A model generated the notes under the pieces. The model was not told where the DNA came from, ran no database searches, and was given only the letters and a program-made list of their open reading frames with translations. From contig NC_045696.1 of the NCBI RefSeq assembly GCF_009834535.1, forward strand, positions 76,882,001-76,946,000: a stretch of 64,000 nt of DNA, in the 5' to 3' direction. This stretch comes from Camelus ferus (taxonomy: Eukaryota). Within the stretch, counting starts at the first letter, position 1. Every line of letters starts with the position of its first letter. The position numbers and the translations under genes are program-made. Below, one piece after another: positions 38,938 to 50,537 of this stretch.

Positions 38938-39869
38938 GCCTTGGACAAGATCACTAGCCATCTATGCTCCTTGTCCACCATTCTCCATGCTCATGTCTTT
39001 CCAAACAGGGAATAGAGGACAAAATCATTTGTCATCTCTGTCAGGGAAGAACTTCCATGGTACAGAATGCGATAGGTCTTACTCCAGCTTTGGGGTTCTA
39101 AGGCGGCTGGAATTCAGCCTTCATGTAGGGTCTTTAGTCTCCTCAAACTCTAAGGATCTAACTAGTTACTTGCTTGTTTCCCCAGTCAGGGTACCCATGC
39201 CCTGAAGCTACCCATGGATTTGCAAGTGACTCTGGGGTAGCTGTCTGTGTTCTGCTTTCTGCTTTTTGATAGGAGGTGCTTGGAGACCTGAGCATGACTC
39301 ATAAATGGGCTTCCCAGGTCACAGTTGAGTTTTGGGAATTGGTACTTTTGGTAAGAGTTCCATGTTGGAAACACTAAAAGCCATTGTATAAGCATAGAAG
39401 GAAGATAGCAGAGTAATTGGAAACTTTTTACCATCTTCTTCAAACTACCTTGGCTGACCACAGACCCAAGTCATAGGCTAGGAATGAGAATAGTATTTTA
39501 GATTTATTTTGTATATATATTTTTGTTTGTCTAAGTAACTGTGCCTGGATTTTTAAGGATTTTTTTTCCTAAGTATTCAATTTGCTGGCTTTATTCTGAT
39601 TTTGCCAGAGAAAGGGCAACTTTGTTACTTCAATGAATGTAATTTGTTGATAATTTGTCAAATAAGAGAAAGAGTTTTTTTTTTGGAAGTTTCTTTCTTT
39701 AGTCAGCTATTATAAGATTTTTTTCTATGTTGTGAACAAAAAGATTTTAAGGCATTTAGAAAGGTAAAATCTAACATTCCATCACCAAAGGTGAATCTGA
39801 GTCAAGTGTGTGTCCTGAGCGGTAGCACACGTTAAGGGTTATTTGTAGTGAGTTCTTCTAGTTTTTGAA

Positions 39870-40265
39870 TTTTTGACAGTTTTGCTGCAATAAAATTCAC
39901 ATAGCATATAACTCACTCATTAAAATGTTCAATTTAGTGGCTTTTTAGAACGTTAACAGGTAGGGGCAACCATCACCACAGTCAATTTGAGAACATTTTG
40001 TCCCCTCAGAAAGAGCCTTTACTGTCACCCTTCACCGCCCCCCCCCCCCCACTCTCCCCAGCCCTGTGTAGCCGCTGGTTTACTTGTCTCTGCAAGGTTC
40101 CCTGCAATGGACATGTCATATGTGATATGCGGCCTTTTGTGACTGACTGCTTTCACTTAAGCTTTCAAGGTTTATCCATGTTGTAGCATGTGTCAACATT
40201 TCCTTCCTTTTTATAGCCAAGTGGTACTCCATTGTATGGCTGTAAAGTGGGCTCTTCTTTATCAA
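39870..40265 (-). mobile_element. Old L1 3' end (L1MB-like)
   Basis: AAATTCACATAGCATATAACTCACTCATTAAAATG…GCAACCATCACCACAGTCAATTTGAGAACATTT…TTTCAAGGTTTATCCATGTTGTAGCATGT. Confidence 0.75.
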
Positions 40266-40879
40266 CAAAAAAGAAAACAAAATAGCAGCAAGACTTTTTA
40301 TTTGCTGTTATTAAAACAAAAGAAGCCAATGAAATAACTTGGGCTGTCTCCATATTGTGTCATAAAATCAAAAATAGAAGACTTCGTGATAAAAGGCGAC
40401 ATAATTCTACCTTTTATTGTTTTAGTAAATTTATGGGTACAGAGTGGGAATATTACAGTATTGCTCTTCTCTTTAAATTTAGTTCAATGATTATTTTCTC
40501 TGTATTTATCAGGACCTGCCCTATCTGATCAGCTGGTCATTATACATCTTTCCAGATACTTTGCAAAGTGTGATCTAATACTTCACTATTTACAGTATTT
40601 CTCTAACTGAGCTTGAGAAAAAGCCAAAACTGAGAATCAGGAAGCTTGCCTTCAGACCTGATTTTGGGGTAATCACTTAACTTATTTCCATTTTTGTTTC
40701 CTCACGTATAAAATAAAGGGGTTGGGTATAAATGCAGTAAGTCAAACGCTTTTTCTCAAAGTATGGCTGGGGAAGAAGCCACATTGGAGATGTGATGCAT
40801 GCTTTACCCCTGCACCGAGAAGAAAGGGACAGAGTGACTAAAAACCTTGGCTTTGGGGCACTGGAACAATACTTCTGAG

Positions 40880-41065
40880 ACTTTACTGTGCCCTCAAATC
40901 TATTTTTCTTAGGAACCTATTAAAAATGATATATTCCTGGGGCCCATTTTAGAGATTTTGATTCAGGAGGTCTGGGAAGAGGTTTAGTAATCTGCGTATT
41001 CAGCAAATATCAGATGGGTCTGATTTGGATGATTGGCAGGCCACCCTTAGGGAGCCCCTGCCTTA
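40880..41065. mobile_element. MER5A-like hAT MITE remnant
   Basis: ATTCCTGGGGCCCATTTTAGAGATTTTGATTCAGGAGGTCTGGG…AATCTGCGTATT. Confidence 0.55.
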
Positions 41066-42093
41066 AAGGCTCTATTGACTATGGACAGAACAGATAAGCA
41101 TCCTGAAGCTACCCATTGATAAGATTCATGTTTTCCCACACATTTCCAGAAGGTCAGCAGATTTTGAGCTTAGCTAATAATTGGTTGAATTTCTGCTGGA
41201 TGAGCTTTTGGATGAAATTTAGCTCCAGGCGGAGGGTACAGCCTGAGGGGCTATGTTGTGTCATTTAGTTCTGGTTAAGGGTGAGTGGTCTGGTGATTCC
41301 TCTAGGTGCCTGGCTCAGTTCCTTCTTAGCGCAATGTGAGGCAAGCTATCTTCCCATAGAAGCATCTTTTTCTTATCTCTAAGAGAGGTGGTATAAAACC
41401 TTTCTCATAGTGTAGTTACAATAAATATGTAAGATAATGCATACGAAACAATGAGCAGAGTGGCTAGAAATAGTAATGCTAAATAAATATTACTATTGTT
41501 GTTAAAGGCAACAAGTGAAGCTTCGTAATCGATTTTTAATAAAATTTGCCCTAAAGTTTTCAATGTATTCTTCAAGCATCTATTATTTGTGTGCTATGAA
41601 GAAAGCACTCTGATGTGGTGGGGTTGGGTTACGTGAAAAGAGGGGGTCAATACCAAGATGACCTCAAAGGGATGTACCAGATAGCTGCCGCAGGACGTCA
41701 GCTAAGATGAGGGCGTGGGAACCATGGGAAAGGGAGGGACGAATTCAGCATGGCTGGATTCTGAGTGTCTAGGCGCAATTCCAAACATGGGCTGATAAAT
41801 CCTCTCAGGTCTGAATAAACCTTTGCCCAGGGTTGTAGAAAGGGGATACTGGGGCGCATTCAGTAGTTCTCTCATAAATTCTAAGTCATACTAGGTTTTA
41901 AAATCTGTTACGATTTTCACTATCAGATGATTGGGTAACCAGCAAATGTTTTTACAATAAAATAAAACTGAGGGATGATTCTTCTCCTTTTATTTATTAA
42001 AAATTTATTAACCAAAAATTTGGTTAGTGGGAATAAAATGGTCAGTGGGAATAAAAAAGGAAAATAAATTCTTAATAAAGGTGAGCAGTGTTA

Positions 42094-42311
42094 CAGTTGG
42101 CTGTTGAGCGACTTAAGTTTGAACTGCTCAGGTTTACTTATACATATATTTTTTTTCAATAAATAATTATTACAGTGCTACATGATCTGTAGTTGGTTGA
42201 ATCTGCAGATGTAGAATCATGGACATGGAAGGTTGACTGTAAAGTTATATGTGGAATTTGACTGTGCAGGGGTCATTGTCCCTAATGCCTGAGTTGTTCA
42301 AGGATCGACTG
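42094..42311. mobile_element. TcMar-Tigger MITE (Tigger2/MER8-type)
   Basis: Degenerate TIRs CAGTTGGCTGTTGAGCGAC / GTTGTTCAAGGATCGACTG, flanked by TA on both sides (42092-42093, 42312-42313). Confidence 0.8.
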
Positions 42312-42324
42312 TACTATACAATTC

Positions 42325-42451
42325 CTAGTCTGCTGATGTGGAATCAAGGATGTGGATGGCTGACTTATGAAACTTAAGCATCTGTGGATTTTGGTATCCT
42401 TGGCAGGTCTTGGAACCAATCCCCGCCTCCCCAGATGCTGAGGGATCACTG
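42325..42451 (-). mobile_element. TcMar-Tigger MITE fragment (MER2/Tigger3-type end)
   Basis: The minus strand reads TA|CAGTGATCCCTCAGCATC…GGGGATTGGTTCCAAGACC…GGATACCAAAATCCACAGATGCTTAAGT. Confidence 0.7.
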
Positions 42452-43714
42452 TATATTTTCCTAACTGTTGTGGGGAAAAAGGATTTCTCTGAGTTTGGTG
42501 ATGCTTTCTTACTGAGATCTCTCTGGCAAGTCTTCCTAATGAGAGAACACTTCCTTTGACAGATGGCTCCAATACCCTTGCAGAACATATGGGAATAAGT
42601 GCCTGGGTTAGAGACATACATTATATAAATAATTCTTCCTGAACAAAATAATCTTTTCTCTGTGTCTTTCAGAAGTCACTGGAGGAGGGGAGAAAAACAT
42701 TAAAATAAGGTTAACTAAATCTGAGTTTTATGATAAAACCCAGAGATAAAAAATTCACATTTTACTGTAAAGAAACACAACACTGGCTAAAGAGTAAACA
42801 CAATTACTTCAGTTAGAAACAGGGGTCCTGAGAGAGAAAAAAGGGAATCAGAACCATCTCTGTTTCCTGATGGCTCTGCAGCTCCTCCCTGCTCCATTAG
42901 CAATGGGCAAGGTAGTACTTCTAATTAAGAAGGCATTTAAAATAATTTGCAAAGAGCAGGGACATGCCAAGTGTGAAAAGCTCCTCATAGAGGAGTACTT
43001 CCGGGCTAACGATGATGAGACTGACAGGAGTTTGGGACCTCAGGCCTTCCTCTGGCAGCTTGAAAGAGCACCTAATTAGCACCTGAGGTTCTGTTAAAAA
43101 GAAAATAAAGGAACCAATATATGGTCTTGGGCCAGGTAATTTTCAGTGGCAGAAAGCCTTCATGTGCTCCAGGAATCCTGGAATTCTAAGTAAACTAATC
43201 AAAACAAGGGCGAGTTCTATTAGCAGAGGAATGACCAATCTCAACTGAAATTGCAAAGAAAAATCGCTCAGCAAGTGAAAGAAGCTGCCAGATTTTTCAG
43301 TAGTAAGACTAGCAGGTATTTGCTAAGGTCAATTTGGATTTCTATATTTTGGCTTGTGAAAGAATTTACACTGTACTGTCTTTCCTGGTTAAAGAAGGTG
43401 ACAGTGGCCTCATTTCAGAGTAGTTTTGTTGCAAGGACTTGTGAGTCACAGGGACCTCTGTTCAGATTTTTAATTTGCCATTCACTGCATGATACTGACT
43501 CATTTAAATTTTTCATTTTTCATTTATTTATTTTTGTTTTGAGTAAGAGTAAATTTTAATTTTTTCCAGCTTTTTTTCTTTATTTAACAACATTTAATAC
43601 TTGATTCTAGAGTTACTTTGTATTATACTGATTTTCTTTATTATGACTTAATATAATTATTATTTATATGCCAGCATATTCTGTCTGATACAAAATATCC
43701 AGGCAATCTTTCTT

Positions 43715-46700
43715 GTTTTTAAATTGGAATATAGTTGATGTACAACATTATATAAATTATGAATGTACACTATAGTGATTCACTATTTTAAAAGTTATAC
43801 TCCTTTTATAGTCATAATATATTGGCTCTATTCTCCATGTTGTACAATATATCCTTGTAGCTCATTTTATACTTAATAGTTTGTACTTCTTAACTCTTCT
43901 GCTTATATCGCCATTCCTTCCTTCCCAATCCCCACTGGTAACCTGGTAACCACTAGTTTGTTCTCTTTATCTGTGAGTCTGTTTCTTTTTGTTGTTGTTG
44001 TTATATTCACTAGTCTGTTGTATTTTTCGGATTCCATGTATAAGTGATATCATACAGTATTTGTCTTTCTCCATCTGACTTATTTCACTTAGCATAATAC
44101 CCTCAAAGTCCATCCATGTTGCTGTAAATGGCAACATTTTGTTCTTTTTTATGGCCGAGTAGCATTCCATTGTGTACATATACAGCACATCTTTATCCAG
44201 TCATCTGTTGATGGACATTGAGTTGCTCCTGTGTCTTGGCTATTGTAAATAGTGCTGCTATGAAGATTGGGGTGCATGTATTTTCCAATTAGTGTTTTTG
44301 GGTTTTTTTTTGCAGATCTATACCCACGAGTGGAATTGCTGGTCATAATGGTAGTTCTATTTTTGTTTTTTTGAGAGACCTCCATATTGTTTTCCACAGT
44401 GGCTGCAATAATTTACATTCCCTCCAACCTTCTATAAGGGTTCCCTTTTCTACACATCCTCTGCAACACTTGTTATTTCTTGTCTTTTTGATGAGAGCCA
44501 TTCTGACAAGTGTGAGGTGATACCTCATTGTGGTTTTGATTTGCATTTTTCTGATAATTAATGATGTTGAGCATCTTTTTATGTGCCTATTAGCCATCTG
44601 TATGTCTTCTTTGGAAAAATGTCTATTCAAGTCTTCTGCCCATTAAAAAAAATTTTTTTTGCTGTTGAATCGTATGAGCTGTTTGGTTAGTAACTCCTTA
44701 TTGATCATATCATTTGCAAATGTTTCCTCCTATTCAGTAGGTTGTCTTTTTGCTTTGTTGATGGTTTCCTTTTCTGTGCAAAGGCTTTTAAGTTAAATTA
44801 GATCTCATTTGTTGATTTTTTTCTTTCATTTCATTTGCCTTAGGAAACAGATCCAAAAAAATGTTACTATAGTTTACGTCAAAGAGTGTTCTGCCCATGT
44901 TTTCTTTTAGGAGTTTTATGGTTTCTGGTGTTACATTTAGGTCTTTAATCCATTTTGTATATGGTATTAGAGAATTTTCTAATTTCATTCTTTGACATGT
45001 CACTGTCCAGTTTTCCCACCATCATTTGTTGAAGAGACTGTCTTTTCTCCACTGTGTATTTTTGCCTCCTTTGTCATAAATTAATTGACCATAAGTGCAT
45101 AGGTTTATTTCTGGAGTCTCTATTCTTTTCCATTGATCTATGTGTCTGTTTTTGTGCCAGTACCATGCTGTTTTGTTTACTGCCAATCCCTTCTGGCATG
45201 AGGTGGCTGACTCTGGAACCCTAGGGGGTCCTGGGGCAGTGCTGGGTGTCTGGTGGGTTAGGGTGTCTAGTCAGGGTCTAAGAGACCCTGGGGCAGTTGC
45301 TTGCTCACTGTTGGCTAAAGCCTGGTCCTGGGGTAGTGCTGGCCTACTGGCAGGCCAAGCCAAGTCCTGGGGTCTGGTTTCAGGGTCCAGGGTCCAGGGT
45401 CCCAGAGCTGGTATTGGGTTGCTGGTGGGTAGAGTTGATTCCTGACACAGTTGGCTGTGGGGCTGAGGTGTCTTGAAGCTTGTGCTGGTCTGCTAGTTGG
45501 CAATGTCAGTTTCTAGCCCGTCCCAAGGCAGGATCTGTCCTGCTGGTGGGTGTGGCACACAGACTGTGGGTCTATTTTCTTGTGATTGTTTTTTGCCCAC
45601 TGGAGGGTAGAGCTTGGCCCGAGGATGGAACAGACTTGTTGGTGGGGTGGGTGGTCTAGCTGGTCTCAGGGCAGATTCTGACCTGCTGATTGGCAGGCCA
45701 GGTCTACAGACTGTGGGACTACAGTTTCCTTGCTGCTGGTATCTGTCTCCTGGTGGATGAGGCTGGTCCCAAGACTACAGCAAACTCCCTGGAGGACCAG
45801 GCCAGGCCCAGGGGATCTGGGGGCTGGTGCCTGCCTATTGGTGGGTGGAGCTTGGTTCTGGGGTCTCTGGCTGGAGAGCCCTGGGGTTCTTGGGTCTGAT
45901 GCCTGGGCACTGGTGTGTGGGGCTGTTTTCTCTGGTGGACAGGGCTGTTTCCAGAGATGGCTGTGGACTCACGGGGTCTTAACACAGCCTGCGTGCTGGT
46001 GGGTGGGGCTGTCTGTGTCCAGTTTGTTGCTTGGCCTGAAGCACCTAGCACTGGCACCTATAGACATTCGGGCTAGGGCAGGGCTAGGTCCTGGGGCTAA
46101 TAAGCTAGAGGGAGGATTCTAAAACAGCTCTTGCCTTCACCTGTGTTCTCGTAATAGAGCTCCCCAAAATTGGCTGCTGCCAGTGTCTGTGTTCATATAG
46201 TGAGCTGTGGTCTCTCTGGGGGACTCTCCAAGATCAGCAGGTAGGTCTGACTGAGGCGCCTATCAAATTACTGCTATTGCCCTGGGTCCCAGAGTATGTA
46301 AGATATTCTGTTTGCCCTTTAAGACTGAAGTCTATATTTCTCCCAGCCCTCTGAGACTCCAGAAAATAAGCCCTGCTGGCCTTCAAAGCCAAATGCACTG
46401 GGGGGCTCGTCTTCTCTGTGCAGGACCTCCAGGCTGAGGAGCTCAACATGGGACTCTTGCTCCTTTGGAAGAATATTTGCAATTGTACTTATTCTCCTGT
46501 TTGTGGGTTTCCCACCAGGGAGTATGAGTCTCGACTATATTGCAGCTCTGTCCCTCCTGCCCATTTCATTGTGGTTCCTTCTTTGGTATCTTTAGTTGGA
46601 GAAGATCTTTTGTAGTAGGTTCCAGTCTTTTTCATTGATGGTAAGTCTGCAAATAGTTGTGATTTTGGTGTCCCTATGACAGGAAGTGAGCTCAGTGCCT

Positions 46701-46730
46701 TTCTACTCCATGATTTGACCAATTCCCCCC
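43715..46730 (-). mobile_element. L1 with 5'UTR joined directly to late ORF2 and 3'UTR (internally deleted or spliced)
   Basis: On the minus strand the 5' end GGGGGGAATTGGTCAAATCATGGAGTAG starts at 46730. About 1.55 kb of GC-rich 5'UTR follows, then the junction GGCAG|TAAACAAAACAGCATGGTACTGG at 45180 into ORF2 (…KTAWYW…, ORFs 44343-44630 and 43967-44188), and 3'UTR to ~43715. Confidence 0.85.
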
Positions 46731-47930
46731 TTCTGTGACCTGTGATTGGTGAATTCAATCCATTTACATTTAGGGTGATTATTGATAAGGATTATTCATA
46801 GGTCAAGGCTTGGTACTACCATTTTATCTTTTGTTTTCTGGCTGTTCTACATCTCCTTTTTTTTTTTTTTTCCTTGTGTTTCTCTGCCATTTTGGCTTGG
46901 TGGTTTTCTGTGATGTTTTTCTCAGTTTCCTCTTTTTTTATGTTTTGTGTCTCTGTTCTAGATTTATGTTTTGTGCTTACCATGAACTGTATAAAATGTC
47001 TCATAGATAAAATAGCCCCCATTTTCTGCTGATAGTATTTTACCTTCATTTGCCTATATGGTTCTGTCCTTTTCCTCTTCCACTTTTTGTGTTTTTGTTG
47101 TCTCAAATTATCTCTCTGTATGTTGTGAGTTCATTACTGAAATGAAATAGCTATGGTTATTTTCTCTGATTTTTTTCCCCTTTAACCTTTGTGCTATAAT
47201 AAAGTGTTTAAAAAACCTATTCTGATATAGAGTTGCAATTTTCTGATTCTGTCTGTCACCTTCTCAATGTTTTGTGCACTTTTGCCTTTTTGTTTCTGGT
47301 GGAAAAGCTCCTTTCAACCTTTTTTTTTTTTTTTTTTTTTATAAGGCAGATCCAATGTGGATGAACTCCCTCAGCTTTTGTTTGTCTGACAAAGTCCTTA
47401 TTTCTCCATATCTGTATGATAACTTTGCTGGATAGAGTGTTCTTAGCTGACTGTTTTAATCTTTTAGTACTTTGAGAATGGCATTCCATTTCTTCCTGGC
47501 CTATATAGAGTCTCTGCTGAGAAATTTGCTAATAACCTAATGGGGGTTCCTTTGTAAGTTACCATCCTTTTTCTCTGGCTGCCTTTAAAATCCTTCCTTT
47601 ACATTTGACATTTGACAGTTTTATGCATGGAGAATTAGGTATTCTCTTAGCTTCATGGAATTACATATCTGTTTCTTCCCCAGGTTTGGGAAATTATCAG
47701 TTGTTTCTTTAAATAAACTTTCTATTTCTTCTCCCTCTCTTCTCCTTCTGGGATATGCATTATCCTAAGGTTGCACTTAAAAAGAGTCAGATAGTTCTTG
47801 TAGAATTTCCACGTTTTTTTTTTAGCTCTTAATTCTCTTTCTTCTTTTACCTGTATCACTTCCCGATTTGTCTTTAAGCTCTCTAATTCTCTCTTCCACG
47901 TGGTCTGCTCTATTTCCAATGCTTTCTAAT
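46731..47930 (-). mobile_element. L1 fragment: degraded ORF1, spacer and first codons of ORF2
   Basis: ORF1-like NLRIMHIPEGEERE (47722-47919). The minus strand near 46790-46740 encodes LSIITLNVNGLNSPI (ORF2 N-terminus). Confidence 0.8.
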
Positions 47931-48082
47931 CTGGAAGGCTTGTTAAACACAGATTTATGGGCCCCCCTCTCCAGAGTTTCTAATTCACTAGATCTGAGGG
48001 CCAGGGCAAGTATATGTATTTTGTACAGGTTTCCAGGGGATGCTGATGCTGCTGGTTTGCAGACTGAACCGTGAGAACTATC
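47931..48082. mobile_element. MER5A-like MITE, one end missing at the L1 junction
   Basis: CTGGAAGGCTTGTTAAACACAGATT…CCAGAGTTTCTAATTCA…ACAGGTTTCCAGGGGATGCTGATGCTGCTGGT…TGAGAAC. Confidence 0.75.
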
Positions 48083-49319
48083 GGATAAGAGTAATAGTCT
48101 GATTTTTCCAGGTGCTACAGTTACACTAGCACTAGCTAGTACTTGTATACTACTTGACAGCAGAATGCTTTCTTGTACAGTCTTATTTTATCCTCTGGTA
48201 ACCCTGGAAGGTAGGCATTACTAGATCTGATTCATAGATGAGAACTGTACTATAATTATTTCTGGTTTTTCATTTCTAACAGACAGTGAGTTCTTTGAGG
48301 CCAGATTCCATATCATATTCAATTTTATATCCTCAACACTTAGCAGGGGTCTGGGAATGAATGTTTGTAGAATGAACAGAAAGATTGGCTCTGGAGTCAC
48401 ACAGGGAGTTTGTAGCAGAGCCCAGTTTTGAACCTGGATGCCTTAAATCTCAGTCTAGCGCTTTTCTACTCTTGGGTGTACAAATCAAACAGCAGATTTA
48501 CTTTCGTTCTTGAGCTAAGGTAGTAGTTTTTCTGTTTTATCTTGAAGTCCTGGGTTTACAACACTAGCTAGCCAAGGTAATTAAAATTTGTTTTGAACAA
48601 TACTGTTAATCACTGAAATACAACAGATCAGTCATGTCTTACATATTTATTCTTTTCTCTTTCATTGTGACTGTTTTACCAAATGCTTTACACAGTAGTT
48701 CAGGACAGTAGAAATGATTGTGCAAGTTGAAACAATAAAAAATGATAATCATAATCAGTGGGGAAAGTTACATGATTTTTTTGTTAAAACAAAGATTCTC
48801 TAACTATCAGTTTAAATATAAGACATTTTTAAAAATGACTGATCTTCATATAATAATTGCAACTTGGAACATCAAAAATACTCAGAATTATTCAATTGAG
48901 AATTGTTTCCTTTCTTTGTGAATAACTTATCAGGCATAGTTTGAACAGAACTTACTTTCTCATCATGTAACTTATGATATAGAGTGAGTATCTTTTCTCT
49001 GCCTTGGAAAACTGTCATACTTCCTTCTAAGTTTCCAACATTTTATTCTTTGCACTTTCAACACTGTAAAATAATTCTGAGTTCTTTTAATGTGAAGTTT
49101 TTTGCTGATGTTACTTCCTCTGGGACATCTTCATCCTTTTCATCTCAGCCATTTCCTCATTTATATTGATAAATTCTCCTTCATTAAGTTTCTCAGGCTG
49201 CACAGCTAGAGTCTTTTAAATGGTGGCAGTGTCAACACTCCCATGGTCAGCTATTCTGTATCTCTTTGGAATCTGGTTGTAAATTTCACAAAAGCATTTT
49301 TTAAATCTGAGCTAGAACT

Positions 49320-49560
49320 TCAGCAGATAGTTTAAGATTAATCAATTCATGTCAACTTATGGAACAATGAAACCAGCCTTTACTGGTAGCTAAAGGTCCC
49401 TCTTCGGGCTCCTAGTAAATATAGTTTTCTTTCAGTGTGGCAACTAACTTCATTGCTTTGGGCTGAGTGGTAGCCAGACTGATTGGGATTTGTTTTTGAT
49501 GACAGTCTTCAGTTCAAAGTAGAAGTAAAAGCCCCATTTCAATGACATTAGCAGCTTTCT
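49320..49560 (-). pseudogene. Fossil pogo/Tigger transposase CENP-B-type HTH domain
   Basis: Manual translation of the minus strand: VIEMGLLLLL*TEDCHQKQIPISLATTQPKAMKLVATLKENYIY*EPEEGPLATSKGWFHCSIS*HELINLKLSAE. The family-typical SKGWF has GWF at 49370-49378. Confidence 0.8.
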
Positions 49561-49685
49561 GTTCCTAATGCAATTTAACTAAAAGATGTTGAAATAAGTT
49601 TACCTTGATTTTATATTTGTTGGACTTTTTCATTGTGGGTGATATTTTATCTTTTAGGTCTCATTCTATCTTCATCAACATTTTA

Positions 49686-50537
49686 TTTTATTTATTTTAT
49701 TTTATTTATTTTTTTATTGAGTTATAGTCAGTTAGAGCACAATATAGTCCAGTGTAGAGCACAATTTTTCAGTCATACATGAATATACATATATTCATTT
49801 TCACATTCTTTTTCACTGTGAGCTACCACAAGATCTTGTATATATTTCCCTGTGCTATACAGTATAAACTTGTTTATCTATTCTATATATACCTGTCAGT
49901 ATCTACAAATTTTGAACTCCCAGTCTGTCCCTTCCCACCCCTCTCCCCTGGCAACCACAGGTTTGTGTTCTATGTCTGTGAGTCTATTTCTGTTTTATAT
50001 TTAAGTTCATTTGTCAGCTTCTACTTCTTCTTTTTCTTTGTTTTTAAGATTCCACATATGAACGATATCATGGTATTTTTCTTTCTCTTTCTGGCTTAAT
50101 TCACTTATAATGACATTCTCCAGGGACATCCATGTTGCTGCAAATGGCATTATGTTGTCATTTTTATGGCTGAATAGTATTCCATTGTATAAATATACCA
50201 CCTCTTCTTTATCCAGTCATCTGTTGATGGACATTTAGGCTGTTTCCATGTCTTGGCTATTGTAAATAGTGCTGCTATGAACATTGGGGTGCAGGTGTCT
50301 TTTTGAATTAGGGCTCCTTCTGGATATATGCCCAGGAGTGGGATTACTGAGTCATATGGTAAGTCTATTCCTAGTCTTTTGAGGAATCTCCATACTGTTT
50401 TCCACAATGGCTGCATCAAACTGCATTCCCACCAGCAGTGAAGGAGGGTTTCCTTTTCTCCACAGCCTCTCCAGCATTTATCGTTTGTGGACTTTTGAAG
50501 GATGGCCGTTCTGACTGGTGTGAGGTGATACTTCATT
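49686..50537 (-). mobile_element. 5'-truncated young L1 inserted in the Tigger element
   Basis: ORF2 C-terminal remnant (ORF 50150-50548) closely similar to the full-length copy. 15-bp TSD TTCATCAACATTTTA at 49671-49685 and 50538-50552. Confidence 0.93.

Noticed and set aside
42021..42056. 18-bp tandem duplication TGGT(T/C)AGTGGGAATAAAA
   Set aside because: A common slippage duplication with no further structure.
45140..46758. Multiple GC-rich ORFs
   Set aside because: They lie within a decayed L1 5'UTR.
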